From positions 576,001 through 640,000 of the forward strand of contig CBDFGR010000002.1 of assembly GCA_965247115.1 (NCBI GenBank): a stretch of DNA of 64,000 bases. Direction: 5' to 3'. Source of the stretch: Myxococcota bacterium (GTDB taxonomy: Bacteria > Myxococcota_A > UBA9160 > SZUA-336). Below are positions 45,015 through 54,205 of this stretch, in pieces (positions within the stretch are counted from its first letter, which is position 1; each line of letters opens with the position of its first letter). The position numbers and the translations under genes are program-made. The notes under the pieces are model-generated. The model did no database searches. It saw nothing but the letters and a program-made list of their open reading frames with translations, and was not told the DNA's origin.

Positions 45015-45956
45015 TTAGACCGCGTACAGCCTGCGCAGCCCGCGGCTCGCCGTCACCAGAAACGCCGAGAGGTGGGTCTCGTTCTCGAGCACCTCGTGGC
45101 TCCACACGAGCCCAGGATAGCGGCGCTCCTCGAGCAGGCGGACGAGCTTGTGGTAGTTGGCCACGAGCACCTGGAACGGACCGTCGGGCTCGGCCTGCTC
45201 GAGCTCGCCCAAAGCGATGTACGCCATGGCGTCGAATGGCTCGCCGGATCGGGCTTCCTCGAGGTCAAAGAGGACGTCCCTCTCCCCGAACACGGCCGGG
45301 TTCCCGATGATGTAGCGGTCGAAGAGAGGCGAGCGCGAGAACAGCGCGTACAGCTCGAAGAGCCCGCCGTACGAGCCTCCCAGGAGCCCGGCTTTAGCCT
45401 GAACGGCCGGATAGCTCTCGCGGATGCGCGGATCGAGCTCCTCCTCGATGAAGCGAAGGAAACGGTCGGCTCCGCCCACCTCGAGGTCCGCACCGATGGC
45501 CTGTTTGAGAAACTCCGGCGCCGGCGTGCCGGGCGGCGAGTAATCGCGAACCACGCCGGGAATGCGGAGTAGGACCCCGGAGTCGAGCAGCTCCTCGGCA
45601 ACCGGGTACCCGATGCCCACGACAAGCAGCGACTCGATCGGCGAGGTCCCGTCGCTTGCAAGCAGACGTGCGAGCTCCGCGATGCTGGCAAAGGTGATGT
45701 TCCCATCGAGCACGTAGAGAATGCGGCCGCGCTCTGGCGTCGGGCCCGACAACGAGAGGAGACGCGCCACCGATATCTCGTAGCTGTCGCCGACGTGCTG
45801 GGACTTCATCGTGAACCGGTCGGAGGAAACAAGCGGGGCGGAGGTCACTTCTGACACGCTGGCTCTCCTGTCCGGTTCCGGCTCCCCCAACCCGGCCGCA
45901 AGGTAGCCTGCTCCCCCTGCTCCGATGGCCGTCAGCATGTCGCGGCGCGTGATCAC
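45015..45956 (-). CDS. IroE/Fes-like alpha/beta esterase with twin-arginine signal
   Basis: TRRDML plus h-region; YVLDG, VVGIGY, RDY, GGADRF, GGSYGG, ETH. Confidence 0.85.
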   Translation of the reverse strand: MITRRDMLTAIGAGGAGYLAAGLGEPEPDRRASVSEVTSAPLVSSDRFTMKSQHVGDSYEISVARLLSLSGPTPERGRILYVLDGNITFASIAELARLLASDGTSPIESLLVVGIGYPVAEELLDSGVLLRIPGVVRDYSPPGTPAPEFLKQAIGADLEVGGADRFLRFIEEELDPRIRESYPAVQAKAGLLGGSYGGLFELYALFSRSPLFDRYIIGNPAVFGERDVLFDLEEARSGEPFDAMAYIALGELEQAEPDGPFQVLVANYHKLVRLLEERRYPGLVWSHEVLENETHLSAFLVTASRGLRRLYAV

Positions 45957-47188
45957 TAGGCGCGCAGGTCCTTGACGACCTCGCCGCTCTTCACCACGAG
46001 CAGGATCTTCTCACGCTCGTTCCAGAGCTCGGGCTTGTCGAGCGGGTTGCCATCGATCGCGATCAGGTCGGCGATCCTGCCCTCCTCGAGCGTTCCGAGC
46101 GAGTCTCCCATGCCGATGATCTCCGCGTTCGTTCGGGTCGCAGAGATGAGGGCCTCCATGGGCCCGATGATCTCGGATTTCAGTATGAGCTCCAGGCCAC
46201 GGTCTCGCTGGTCGGGCCCGATGAGGTCCGAGCCCGAGCCCACGCGGAGCCCGGCCTCGCGCGAGGCGAGCACGGCGTCTGCCATCGCCTCATAGGTCCC
46301 CCGCGAGCGCTCGGCAATGACCGGAGGCAGTCCCATCGCGGTGACGTTCTCCTGGATCTTGCGCACAACGGCAAACGTGGGCACGTGGCTGACACCGTGC
46401 TCCGCCATCAGCGCGCCGGTGGCCTCGTCGATCTGGGTCCCGTGCTCCACGCACTTCGCGCCGGCCTCCACCGCGTTGCGAATGCCCTGGTTGTTGTGGG
46501 CGTGAACGGTCACGTAGCTGCCGCGGGCCTCGGCCTCGAGCACGGCAGCGCGGATCTCCTCGACCGTGAACTGGGTATCGGTCAGCCGGTCGTTGCGGGA
46601 GACGACGCCCCCGGTGACGCACATCTTGATGAAGCTCGCACCGCGCCGGAAGCACTCGCGGGCGTTGCGGCGCACCTCATCAGCACCGTCGGAGATCAAG
46701 CTGAAGGCGCTGAGCCCCGGGACGTGGTGGTTGTGCCAGTCGCAGGACGGCTCCCACTCCGCGCCGAAGTGCCCGTGGCCGCCCGTCTGGCACAGCAGCG
46801 GCCCGCAGTGAATGGCGCGCGGACCGCGCACGAGACCCTTCGCGATCGTACTGACGATGCCGTCGTCGATCCCTCCCGTGTCGCGCACCGTGGTAAACCC
46901 GGCGTCCAGCGTCTGCTCGCAGTTCCGGAACATGGCCGCGGCCGTCTCGGCGACCGAGATCGACCACCCCATGGCCCGGGAGAGATCGGTCGACGTTCCG
47001 ATGTGTACGTGCGCGTCGATCAAGCCTGGCATGAGCGTCAGCCCGGTCAGGTCCACCACCTCCGCACCCCGCGGCGCAGAGCCACCGAGGCGCGTGATGC
47101 ATCCGTCCTCGACCACCACCGTGCTATCGCCCACGGGATCACGCCCCGTGCCGTCGATCAGCGTCGCTCCTCGCAAGACGATCGCCAT
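45956..47188 (-). CDS. Binuclear metal amidohydrolase (prolidase/carboxypeptidase-like)
   Basis: PGLIDAHVH, GFTTVRD, IKM..TGG, HAH, EHG, GSD. Confidence 0.9.
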   Translation of the reverse strand: MAIVLRGATLIDGTGRDPVGDSTVVVEDGCITRLGGSAPRGAEVVDLTGLTLMPGLIDAHVHIGTSTDLSRAMGWSISVAETAAAMFRNCEQTLDAGFTTVRDTGGIDDGIVSTIAKGLVRGPRAIHCGPLLCQTGGHGHFGAEWEPSCDWHNHHVPGLSAFSLISDGADEVRRNARECFRRGASFIKMCVTGGVVSRNDRLTDTQFTVEEIRAAVLEAEARGSYVTVHAHNNQGIRNAVEAGAKCVEHGTQIDEATGALMAEHGVSHVPTFAVVRKIQENVTAMGLPPVIAERSRGTYEAMADAVLASREAGLRVGSGSDLIGPDQRDRGLELILKSEIIGPMEALISATRTNAEIIGMGDSLGTLEEGRIADLIAIDGNPLDKPELWNEREKILLVVKSGEVVKDLRA

Positions 47189-47321
47189 GTCTCGCCCTCC
47201 TGCCTCCCCGAGCTTGTCACCGCGGCCGGCAGACGGTCAAGCAAGCAGATCTCGGGTGGCCTTGCGAGAGAGCTCCTCACGCACCAGCGCCCCATGGGGA
47301 CCATACCCTCGTCGGCAGTTG

Positions 47322-47405
47322 CCGAACTTAGGGACGGTCCTTAATCCGAACTTTTTTCGTCCGATCGAGGAGTTAGTTCGGATTAAGGACCGTCCCTAAG
47401 TTCGG
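47322..47405. repeat. Perfect 31-bp inverted repeat with 22-nt spacer (REP doublet/MITE-like)
   Basis: CCGAACTTAGGGACGGTCCTTAATCCGAACT at 47322-47352 and its exact reverse complement at 47375-47405. Confidence 0.9.
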
Positions 47406-48585
47406 GCGCGATAGAAGGGTTGCCGAGTTCCGACGGGAGTCGCAAGGCGAGGGGAAGGGCGAAGGCGAGAGCGAGCCCGCACCACGCTGCGACAAGCCAG
47501 CCCAGGCCGGGGAACCCGTAGCCGGCTGCGGCGAGGCCCGTTGCGGCCGGCCCGATCGCTCCGCCCACGGTGCGCGCGCCCGCAGCGGCCGCGCTCCAGC
47601 GCCCTCGCGGATCGAGCGCGGCAAGGCTCCCCATCACGTAGGTGAACGCGACGAAGATGGTACCACCCCAGACGGCCAGCAGGACGGCGTAGGGGCGGCT
47701 TGCTGTGACGTGCCCGATGGAGATGGCGGTCCCGAGCATGATCAGCAGGGTTGCTGTGAGCGGCACGATTCGTCCAGCGCGCGTGCCGAGCCAGGCAGCG
47801 AAGACCGCGCTCACGGCGCTGGCCAGCGTTGCAATGGCAAGCACGTTGCCCATCTCCGCGATGGACAAGCCGACGCCACTACCGATCCGCTCGGCGAACG
47901 CCCACACGCCAAGATCGGACGCACCGAGCAAGACCACCGCGAGCATTGCGGGCAGAGCGAGCGCCCGCCCGGGCGCATCGCGCAACCGCGACCCTCTTCC
48001 GGCGTCCTCGATAGGGGCACGCGGCAGCCACACGACGAGGGGAAGTGCGAGAAGCGAGATTCCCGCCAGGACCGCGTAGCCGCCCGCATACCCGGCCGGC
48101 TCGAGCGCGTACGGCATGAGTGCAAGTTCGATCGCACCGAGCGGTGTGGACACTGCGAAGAACAGCGCGAAAATGCGGTCAGGCTGTGACGATGCTGCGA
48201 TGGCGGCTTGGGCCGCGGCGGCCGCCATGCCGATTCCCGCGCCGGCGACCAAGCGCGAGATCACGAGCCAGGTGAAGCTCTCCGCGGGCACGCCAATCGC
48301 GTGGCCGACGACAGAGATCGCGGTCCCGAGCGCGGCGAAGGCAACGCGCGAGCGGCGCGCTACGACCGGTGTGAGCCCGATGGCAAAGACTGCAATCGCG
48401 GCGAGTTCACATGCGCTGAGCAGGCCTATCCGCTCTGCCCCGAAGCCGAGCTGCTCCGAGATCGAGCCGAGCAGCAGCGGCAGCGCGCTTCCGCTGAAGA
48501 ATTGCAGGCCCAGCGCGGCCACTACCGAGATGACTACACGCACCTCGATCTGACTGGAACGACTTCCCGAATCCGTGGACCTCAC
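47383..48585 (-). CDS. MFS transporter
   Basis: About 12 TM segments; paralog of 57718..58926; the stop codon lies inside the inverted repeat. Confidence 0.85.
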   Translation of the reverse strand: MRSTDSGSRSSQIEVRVVISVVAALGLQFFSGSALPLLLGSISEQLGFGAERIGLLSACELAAIAVFAIGLTPVVARRSRVAFAALGTAISVVGHAIGVPAESFTWLVISRLVAGAGIGMAAAAAQAAIAASSQPDRIFALFFAVSTPLGAIELALMPYALEPAGYAGGYAVLAGISLLALPLVVWLPRAPIEDAGRGSRLRDAPGRALALPAMLAVVLLGASDLGVWAFAERIGSGVGLSIAEMGNVLAIATLASAVSAVFAAWLGTRAGRIVPLTATLLIMLGTAISIGHVTASRPYAVLLAVWGGTIFVAFTYVMGSLAALDPRGRWSAAAAGARTVGGAIGPAATGLAAAGYGFPGLGWLVAAWCGLALAFALPLALRLPSELGNPSIAPELRDGP

Positions 48586-48637
48586 GGCGCCTGTGCGACC
48601 GCGTCGATCTCGGTCGACATCTCTTCGTGCAGGAGGC

Positions 48638-49495
48638 CTACGGCTGCTCGATCACGGGATTTTCGAGACGGCCAACGCCCTCGATCTCGATGCGCACGAC
48701 AGCGCCGGCTCGCAGGTACTGCGGCGGATCCATCGCGAATCCAACACCGCCAGGCGTACCGGTCGACACGATCGTTCCCGGCAGCAGCGTGAAGACCGTG
48801 GACAGGGTCTCGACCTGAGCGTAGCAGTCGTAGACCAGGTTCTTGGTGTTGGAGTCCTGGCGCAGCTCCCCGTTCACCCAGGTTTGCAGCCGCAAGCCAT
48901 GCGGATCGCCGAGCTCGTCAGGGGTCACGATCCAGGGGCCGATGGGGCCGTGCGTGTCGAACGACTTCCCAAGGGTCATGGTCGGAGCCCGAAATTGCCA
49001 GTCGCGCACGCTCACGTCGTTGACCACCAGGTAACCGGCGATCACCTCGTGCGCGCGTTCGCGGGAGACGTTCCGCGCGGGGCGACCGATGACGAAGCCG
49101 AGCTCGCCCTCGTAGTCGAGCTGGTCCGAGACCCGCGGGAGGTGGATCGGATCGTGCGGCCCGGTCACACAGCTGGTCTGCTTGTTGAAGAACAGGGGGA
49201 ACTCCGGGGTTCCGAGCCCGGCCTCCGCGATGTGGTCCGTGTAGTTGAGGCCGATTGCGAGAAACTCCGGTGGCCTCAGCACGGGCGCTTCGAGCTTCAC
49301 CTCGCCGAGAGGAAGCAGGGACCTCGAGGCGGCAACTGCGCCGCGGGCGGCTTCGAGGGCCGCCTCTCCGGCTGCGAGGAAGGCGGTCATCTCCGTCGGC
49401 AGATTCGGTTCGGCCGCCGACAGGTCGACCACTGCGTCGCCCTCGACGACGCCGATTCGGGTCCGGCCCCCGTGGGTGAACGTGGTGAGCTTCAT
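48638..49495 (-). CDS. Fumarylacetoacetate hydrolase family protein
   Basis: IGLNY..H, DYEGEL, NDVSVRD, GKSFDT, TGTPGGVG. Confidence 0.93.
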   Translation of the reverse strand: MKLTTFTHGGRTRIGVVEGDAVVDLSAAEPNLPTEMTAFLAAGEAALEAARGAVAASRSLLPLGEVKLEAPVLRPPEFLAIGLNYTDHIAEAGLGTPEFPLFFNKQTSCVTGPHDPIHLPRVSDQLDYEGELGFVIGRPARNVSRERAHEVIAGYLVVNDVSVRDWQFRAPTMTLGKSFDTHGPIGPWIVTPDELGDPHGLRLQTWVNGELRQDSNTKNLVYDCYAQVETLSTVFTLLPGTIVSTGTPGGVGFAMDPPQYLRAGAVVRIEIEGVGRLENPVIEQP

Positions 49496-49499
49496 CCCA

Positions 49500-50300
49500 C
49501 TAGGCTCGGACGAAGTCGAGGATCAGCCGGCTCGTGGCGTCCGGCTGCTCGTACCCATAGTAGTGCCCGCAGTCGGGCACGATCTCGAGGCGGGAGCCAG
49601 GCAAGGCCTTGTGGAGGGCCTCGGACAGCGCCGGTGGCGTACGGCCGTCCTCGGCGCCGCAGATGATCAGAACGGCCGCGCGCACGCGCGCGAGCTTCGG
49701 TCCGAAGTCGGAGAGCTCGTCGAGCGCGCTCACCATCTCGGAGTAGTCATCCGAGCTGTTGCGCAGTAGCGTTTGCCGCATCTTCTCGACCGCGGCGGGG
49801 TTCTGCTCCCTGGAGTAGCGGCTAAACGCCGCTCGAGTGAAGTCGAAGGTCGCATCGATGATCTCCTCGACCGACGCCCCGCCATCCGCGAGCCGCTGTC
49901 GCGCCTCGAAGCCTGATTTGTCCTGCACGACCCTCTCCGGACCCGGCGACCCGATCGGGATCACGTGGCTCGCGCGATCGGGGTGCTCGGCCGCGAAGTT
50001 CAGGGTCACCGAGCCGCCGAGAGACCAGCCCGCGAGCGCCGGCCGCTCCAGCCCGAACGCGTCGAGCAAGTCGAGCAAGTCCCTGGTCCAGACGTCGAGC
50101 GACAGCTTCGGCTCGGGCGGGCGGGTCGTCTTTCCGAAGCCCCGCAGGTCGTAGCGGTAGACGCGCCTCTCTCGGGCGAGCGCCGGGACCATTTCGTCCC
50201 AGGTGATCAGATCCGCTCCGCCGCCGTGGACGAGCACGATCGGGGCGCCCTCGCCCGCAACCTCGTAGTTGACATCCAGGTCTCCGATGGTTCGCTGCAC
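49500..50300 (-). CDS. Alpha/beta hydrolase (paralog A)
   Basis: LVHGGG, DLRGFG, GWSLGG, GAEDGRTP, CGHY. Confidence 0.9.
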   Translation of the reverse strand: MQRTIGDLDVNYEVAGEGAPIVLVHGGGADLITWDEMVPALARERRVYRYDLRGFGKTTRPPEPKLSLDVWTRDLLDLLDAFGLERPALAGWSLGGSVTLNFAAEHPDRASHVIPIGSPGPERVVQDKSGFEARQRLADGGASVEEIIDATFDFTRAAFSRYSREQNPAAVEKMRQTLLRNSSDDYSEMVSALDELSDFGPKLARVRAAVLIICGAEDGRTPPALSEALHKALPGSRLEIVPDCGHYYGYEQPDATSRLILDFVRA

Positions 50301-50312
50301 TCTTGGATCTCC

Positions 50313-51293
50313 TTACGCGGCCACGAGCCAGAACTCGCGCAGCTCGGCGGGCGCGAGTCCGGCGGGCGGCGCGCCGCGCGCCGCATAGAACTCGACTCCC
50401 AGCCCGTCGGGATCGCGCACGAACAGGCTGAGCTTTGCAGGGTGGTCGCGACGGACCTCGATCTCGATACCCGCGTCGCTCAACCTCGGCTCCGCGGACT
50501 CGAGGTCGGCCTCGGTCACCTCGAACGCCATGTGGTGGTAGCCAGCGGACTGGCCCCCCTCGGCCTGATAGAGCACCAGGGAGTAGGGAGCCGCGCTACC
50601 GCGCAGGACCGCCAGGCCAGCGTCCTCGGAGTAGATGACGTCGCTGAAGCCGCCAACCTCCCGGTAGAAGGCCAGCTGTAGGGCGAGGTCGGCGCAGCCG
50701 AGCGCCGCGTGAGTCGTGAGGCGGGACTGCACCAGCGCCTCCTCCACGCGAGCGAGGTCCGGATCGATCGAGTAGTTCCGCTCCCGCGACGGGGTGGAGG
50801 CGCCCGGCGTCCAGGGGCCGGTCACCAGCTTCCCTTCCAACTCGCCGAAGATAGCCCGCCAGTCCTTCGTCGAGTCGGACGTGAACTCGAGCATGTTCCG
50901 TTCCGCGTCGAGCAGGTACACACTCTTCGCGAGAGTGTGGTCGACCGTCATGATGATCTCTACACCGAACCCGACGGCCCGCTCGTGAGCCGCTACCAGC
51001 TCCGCCTCGTTCTCCATCTCGAACGCCAGATGGAACAGACCGGGCCGCCGCCCGAACTCTGAGGGCACGAGCAGCTGCCCTTCGCGGCCGATCAACGACT
51101 CCTCCGACAGCTGCGTGAGCCCGACGTCGTGGTGCGTATTACCGTTGCTCATGAAGCCGGCGTGGATGGCAGGCTCCTGGAAGCACTCCTCCAATCCCAC
51201 GACTCGATTGTAGAACTCCATCGAGCTGTGGACGTCGGAGATGAAGAGATTCGCGTGACCAAAGCGGCGCGGCCGGAACTGGGGCTCTGCCAT
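50313..51293 (-). CDS. Two-domain VOC protein, putative extradiol ring-cleavage dioxygenase
   Basis: GHANL, NGNTHHD, FHLAFE, DH..AKSVY, NMLEF in domain 1; H, HHMAFE, DPDG..VEF in domain 2. Confidence 0.8.
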   Translation of the reverse strand: MAEPQFRPRRFGHANLFISDVHSSMEFYNRVVGLEECFQEPAIHAGFMSNGNTHHDVGLTQLSEESLIGREGQLLVPSEFGRRPGLFHLAFEMENEAELVAAHERAVGFGVEIIMTVDHTLAKSVYLLDAERNMLEFTSDSTKDWRAIFGELEGKLVTGPWTPGASTPSRERNYSIDPDLARVEEALVQSRLTTHAALGCADLALQLAFYREVGGFSDVIYSEDAGLAVLRGSAAPYSLVLYQAEGGQSAGYHHMAFEVTEADLESAEPRLSDAGIEIEVRRDHPAKLSLFVRDPDGLGVEFYAARGAPPAGLAPAELREFWLVAA

Positions 51294-51308
51294 GACGAGT
51301 TCTCCTTC

Positions 51309-52493
51309 CTAGCTGTCGGTTCGCAGGGCTGGGTCTGCCGCCTGGAGGCGCCGCACGACGTACTTGCCCAGCTCCCACGTGGTGCGCTCCAGGGGCGAGA
51401 AGCCACCGGTTGGCGAGAAGCGGGAGCTCATGCCCGTGTGGGTGCCCCGAGCGCCGGCCATGTCCTGGTAATTGAGCTCCTCGAAGCCGTTGATAGCATC
51501 CTCGACATTCCGCTGGAAGTCGGGCATGCGGGTGGTGCTCTCCGGGTAGCACAGGTTGATCCGCACCTGAGTGCGATCGACGCCCTCGGGGAAGAACAGC
51601 AGGTAGAGCGCGCCGTCGGGCACGCAGGCGATCAGGGTGTTCGGGTAGATCAGAAAGATGTTGAACGATTGGAGCTCGAATTCACTGAGTCCATCGATCG
51701 CCGGGAAAGGCGACTGCTCGAGCTGGGTGCCGCTCACCCAGGGATGCGGCTTCTCGCAGGGCGTGAAGGAGGTCGTCCAGGCGCGCTCCGGATCCTCCTC
51801 GCCGAAGGTCTCGGCCACCCGATAGAAGTGCGCCACCTCGGGATGGGTCGCGGGAACGTGGTACATGTCGATGCCCTGCTCCACCGAGAGCTTCCAGTTG
51901 CACTCGTTGGTGAAGATCATGGGCTCGCAGGCGCGCAGGTCGCTGAAATTGTAGTTCCCGAAGCGATCCTCGAGTCCAGCGAGCCTGGGGGCAAGAGGCC
52001 GGGCGTTCGGGTCGAAGTTGACGAAGAGGAACCCCTGCCAGACCTCCGTCTTGAGCTGGTGGAGGCTGTGCTGCTTGCGGTCGAAGCCCCTGGCCTGACC
52101 CATGAGCGGTGCGTTCAGCAGCTCGCCCTGCAGCGAATAGGTCCAGCCGTGGAAGGGGCAGCTGAAGTTCCGGCAGCGGCCACGCCCGTCGACGACGAGC
52201 GCACCGCGATGCCGACACACGGTCGACAGCACCCGGACCTCGCCCGTGTCGTCGCGCACGACGACCAGCGGCTCACCGTAGAGCTCGAGCGTGAAGTAGT
52301 CGCCGGGGCTCGGGACCTCGTCCACACGTCCCACGCACGACCACTCCTTCGAGAAGATCTCGCGAGTCTCGCGCTCGAGGATGTCGGAAGAGCGGTAGTA
52401 GTATGACGGTAGCCGCTGCGAACGTTCGAGGGGGTTCAGCAGGGCGGTGAAATCGGAACGCATCTCCTCCGATGCCTTGATCTGCGCTCTCAT
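51309..52493 (-). CDS. Rieske non-heme iron oxygenase alpha subunit (choline monooxygenase/CntA-like group)
   Basis: CRHRG, CPFHGW, NWK...EQGIDMYH....H, QD. Confidence 0.92.
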   Translation of the reverse strand: MRAQIKASEEMRSDFTALLNPLERSQRLPSYYYRSSDILERETREIFSKEWSCVGRVDEVPSPGDYFTLELYGEPLVVVRDDTGEVRVLSTVCRHRGALVVDGRGRCRNFSCPFHGWTYSLQGELLNAPLMGQARGFDRKQHSLHQLKTEVWQGFLFVNFDPNARPLAPRLAGLEDRFGNYNFSDLRACEPMIFTNECNWKLSVEQGIDMYHVPATHPEVAHFYRVAETFGEEDPERAWTTSFTPCEKPHPWVSGTQLEQSPFPAIDGLSEFELQSFNIFLIYPNTLIACVPDGALYLLFFPEGVDRTQVRINLCYPESTTRMPDFQRNVEDAINGFEELNYQDMAGARGTHTGMSSRFSPTGGFSPLERTTWELGKYVVRRLQAADPALRTDS

Positions 52494-52506
52494 CAGACCA
52501 CCTCCC

Positions 52507-53685
52507 CTACTCGGCGAGCTCCCCCATCGTCTTCCGGATCACGTAGCGATCGACCTCCCAAGTCGTCCGCTCCACGTGTGAGAATCGCCCTGGTCGGAGC
52601 AAGCGGGACTTCATGCCGCGCTGCGTGAGCCGGGCACCGACCATGTCCTGGTTGTTCGTGATGGCGAAGCCCTCCATCGCGTCGTTCAGGTGCTTATCGA
52701 AGTCGGGAATCTTGAACGTGCTCTCGGGATAGTAGAGGTTGATCGTCACGTTGGTTCGATCGGGGCCTTCGGGATAGGCGGAAATCGAGAGCGCCCCATC
52801 CGGGAGCGGAGCTACCAGGGTGCTCGGGTAGATCAGGAGCATGTTAAAGCTCTGCAGCTCGAAAGCGCTCAAGCCCTCGAGAGCGGGGAAGGGGGACTTG
52901 GCCATGTTGGTCCCCGTCACGTACGGGTAGGGCGCCTCCGCCTCGGTGAAAGACGTCGTCCACACACCGTTCGGGTCCTCCTCACCAAAGGTCGCAGCCA
53001 TACGCTTCTGGGTCTTGGGCATGAAGTGGATGTTGGGCACGTGGTACATGTCGATCGCCTGCTCGATCGAGAGCTTCCAGTTGCACTCGTTCCAGAACGG
53101 CAGTGCTTTTGTCGCCCGGAGCGAGCTCAGGTTGTAGTTCTTGAACTTCTCAGAGAGCCCCACGAGCTTTGGGCCGAGCGGGGACGCGTCCGGGTCGAAG
53201 TTCACGAAGATGAAACCCTCCCAGATCTCGACGCGCAGCTCGGGCAGGGGCCAGTCGCTGCGATTGAAGTCCGTGGCGCGGTTCATGTTCGGGGCCCCGA
53301 TCAGCGCCCCGTCCAGATTGTAGGTCCAGCCGTGAAAGGGGCACTTGAAGGAGCGGGCGTTTCCCTCACCCTCGACCACACATGCGCCGCGGTGCCGGCA
53401 AGTCCGCGAAAACGCGCGGACTTCTCCTTGCGTATCGCGCAGAATCACGATCGGTTCGTCAGCGATGTCTTTGCAGAAGTAATCTCCGGGGTTCTCGATC
53501 TCATCCACGCGACCGACCCCGAGCCACTCCTTCATGAAGATCTTCCGGACCTCGAGCTCGTAGAACTCGCGCGACGTATAGCAGTGGGGCGGCAGCGTGT
53601 GGGCCTCGTTGAGAGGCCGCATCGTGGCGGCGAGCTGCTCGCGGAGCTGGACGTCGATCTCGGGCGTAGTCGCTGATGCGGTCAC
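52507..53685 (-). CDS. Rieske oxygenase alpha subunit (tandem paralog)
   Basis: CRHRG, CPFHGW, NECNWKLS.EQ.IDMYHVP..H; GGAGGAGG RBS. Confidence 0.92.
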   Translation of the reverse strand: MTASATTPEIDVQLREQLAATMRPLNEAHTLPPHCYTSREFYELEVRKIFMKEWLGVGRVDEIENPGDYFCKDIADEPIVILRDTQGEVRAFSRTCRHRGACVVEGEGNARSFKCPFHGWTYNLDGALIGAPNMNRATDFNRSDWPLPELRVEIWEGFIFVNFDPDASPLGPKLVGLSEKFKNYNLSSLRATKALPFWNECNWKLSIEQAIDMYHVPNIHFMPKTQKRMAATFGEEDPNGVWTTSFTEAEAPYPYVTGTNMAKSPFPALEGLSAFELQSFNMLLIYPSTLVAPLPDGALSISAYPEGPDRTNVTINLYYPESTFKIPDFDKHLNDAMEGFAITNNQDMVGARLTQRGMKSRLLRPGRFSHVERTTWEVDRYVIRKTMGELAE

Positions 53686-53721
53686 TTCGCTTCCTCCTCC
53701 CCTAGGATCTCAGTGTCGACG

Positions 53722-53730
53722 ACTATACCA
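53722..53730 (-). promoter_or_regulatory. Extended -10 element for the Rieske operon
   Basis: TGGTATAGT on the minus strand about 36 nt upstream of GTG 53685. Confidence 0.45.
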
Positions 53731-53868
53731 GACCCTCGAGCACGTCTGCCAAGCGCCTGTGCCGATTGAGCCAGATACTCGGCGGAGGAGGTCTGTTCAC
53801 TCGCTGGTCATCATTGTTGCCCCGGGTTAACCTAGCGCTCAGGGGTCAGATGAAGGGGAGGCAGACAG

Positions 53869-54201
53869 ATGGCTGGAGCCACGGTCTTTCATCGCTTCGT
53901 CACAGACGCGAACCCGATCCAGGTCGAGTGGATCGCGATCACGGCCGACTCGGCCCAGGACAACCCCGACGGCTCAGTCAAGAGCCATCTGATCAACCCC
54001 CTGCGCGCCGTCCTTCTGCCAGCCAACCAGGACCGCGGCGGCACTCCATCCGGGGCCAGCGTCGCGCTTCGGCAAGGCTCACCGGAGCTGACTCTCCACG
54101 ATCTCGAGAGCGATCAGGAGATCATGGTGATCGTGATCGGTTTCGGGAGCGTCGACTACACCGAGAAGTACAGACCCGAAGGGACCGGACGCGAGTCTTG
54201 A
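53869..54201 (+). CDS. Hypothetical 110-aa protein leading the E1/E2 operon
   Basis: GGGGAGG RBS, GC3-rich codons, ends 4 nt before E1 alpha; no family recognised. Confidence 0.6.
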   Translation: MAGATVFHRFVTDANPIQVEWIAITADSAQDNPDGSVKSHLINPLRAVLLPANQDRGGTPSGASVALRQGSPELTLHDLESDQEIMVIVIGFGSVDYTEKYRPEGTGRES

Positions 54202-54205
54202 GCCG

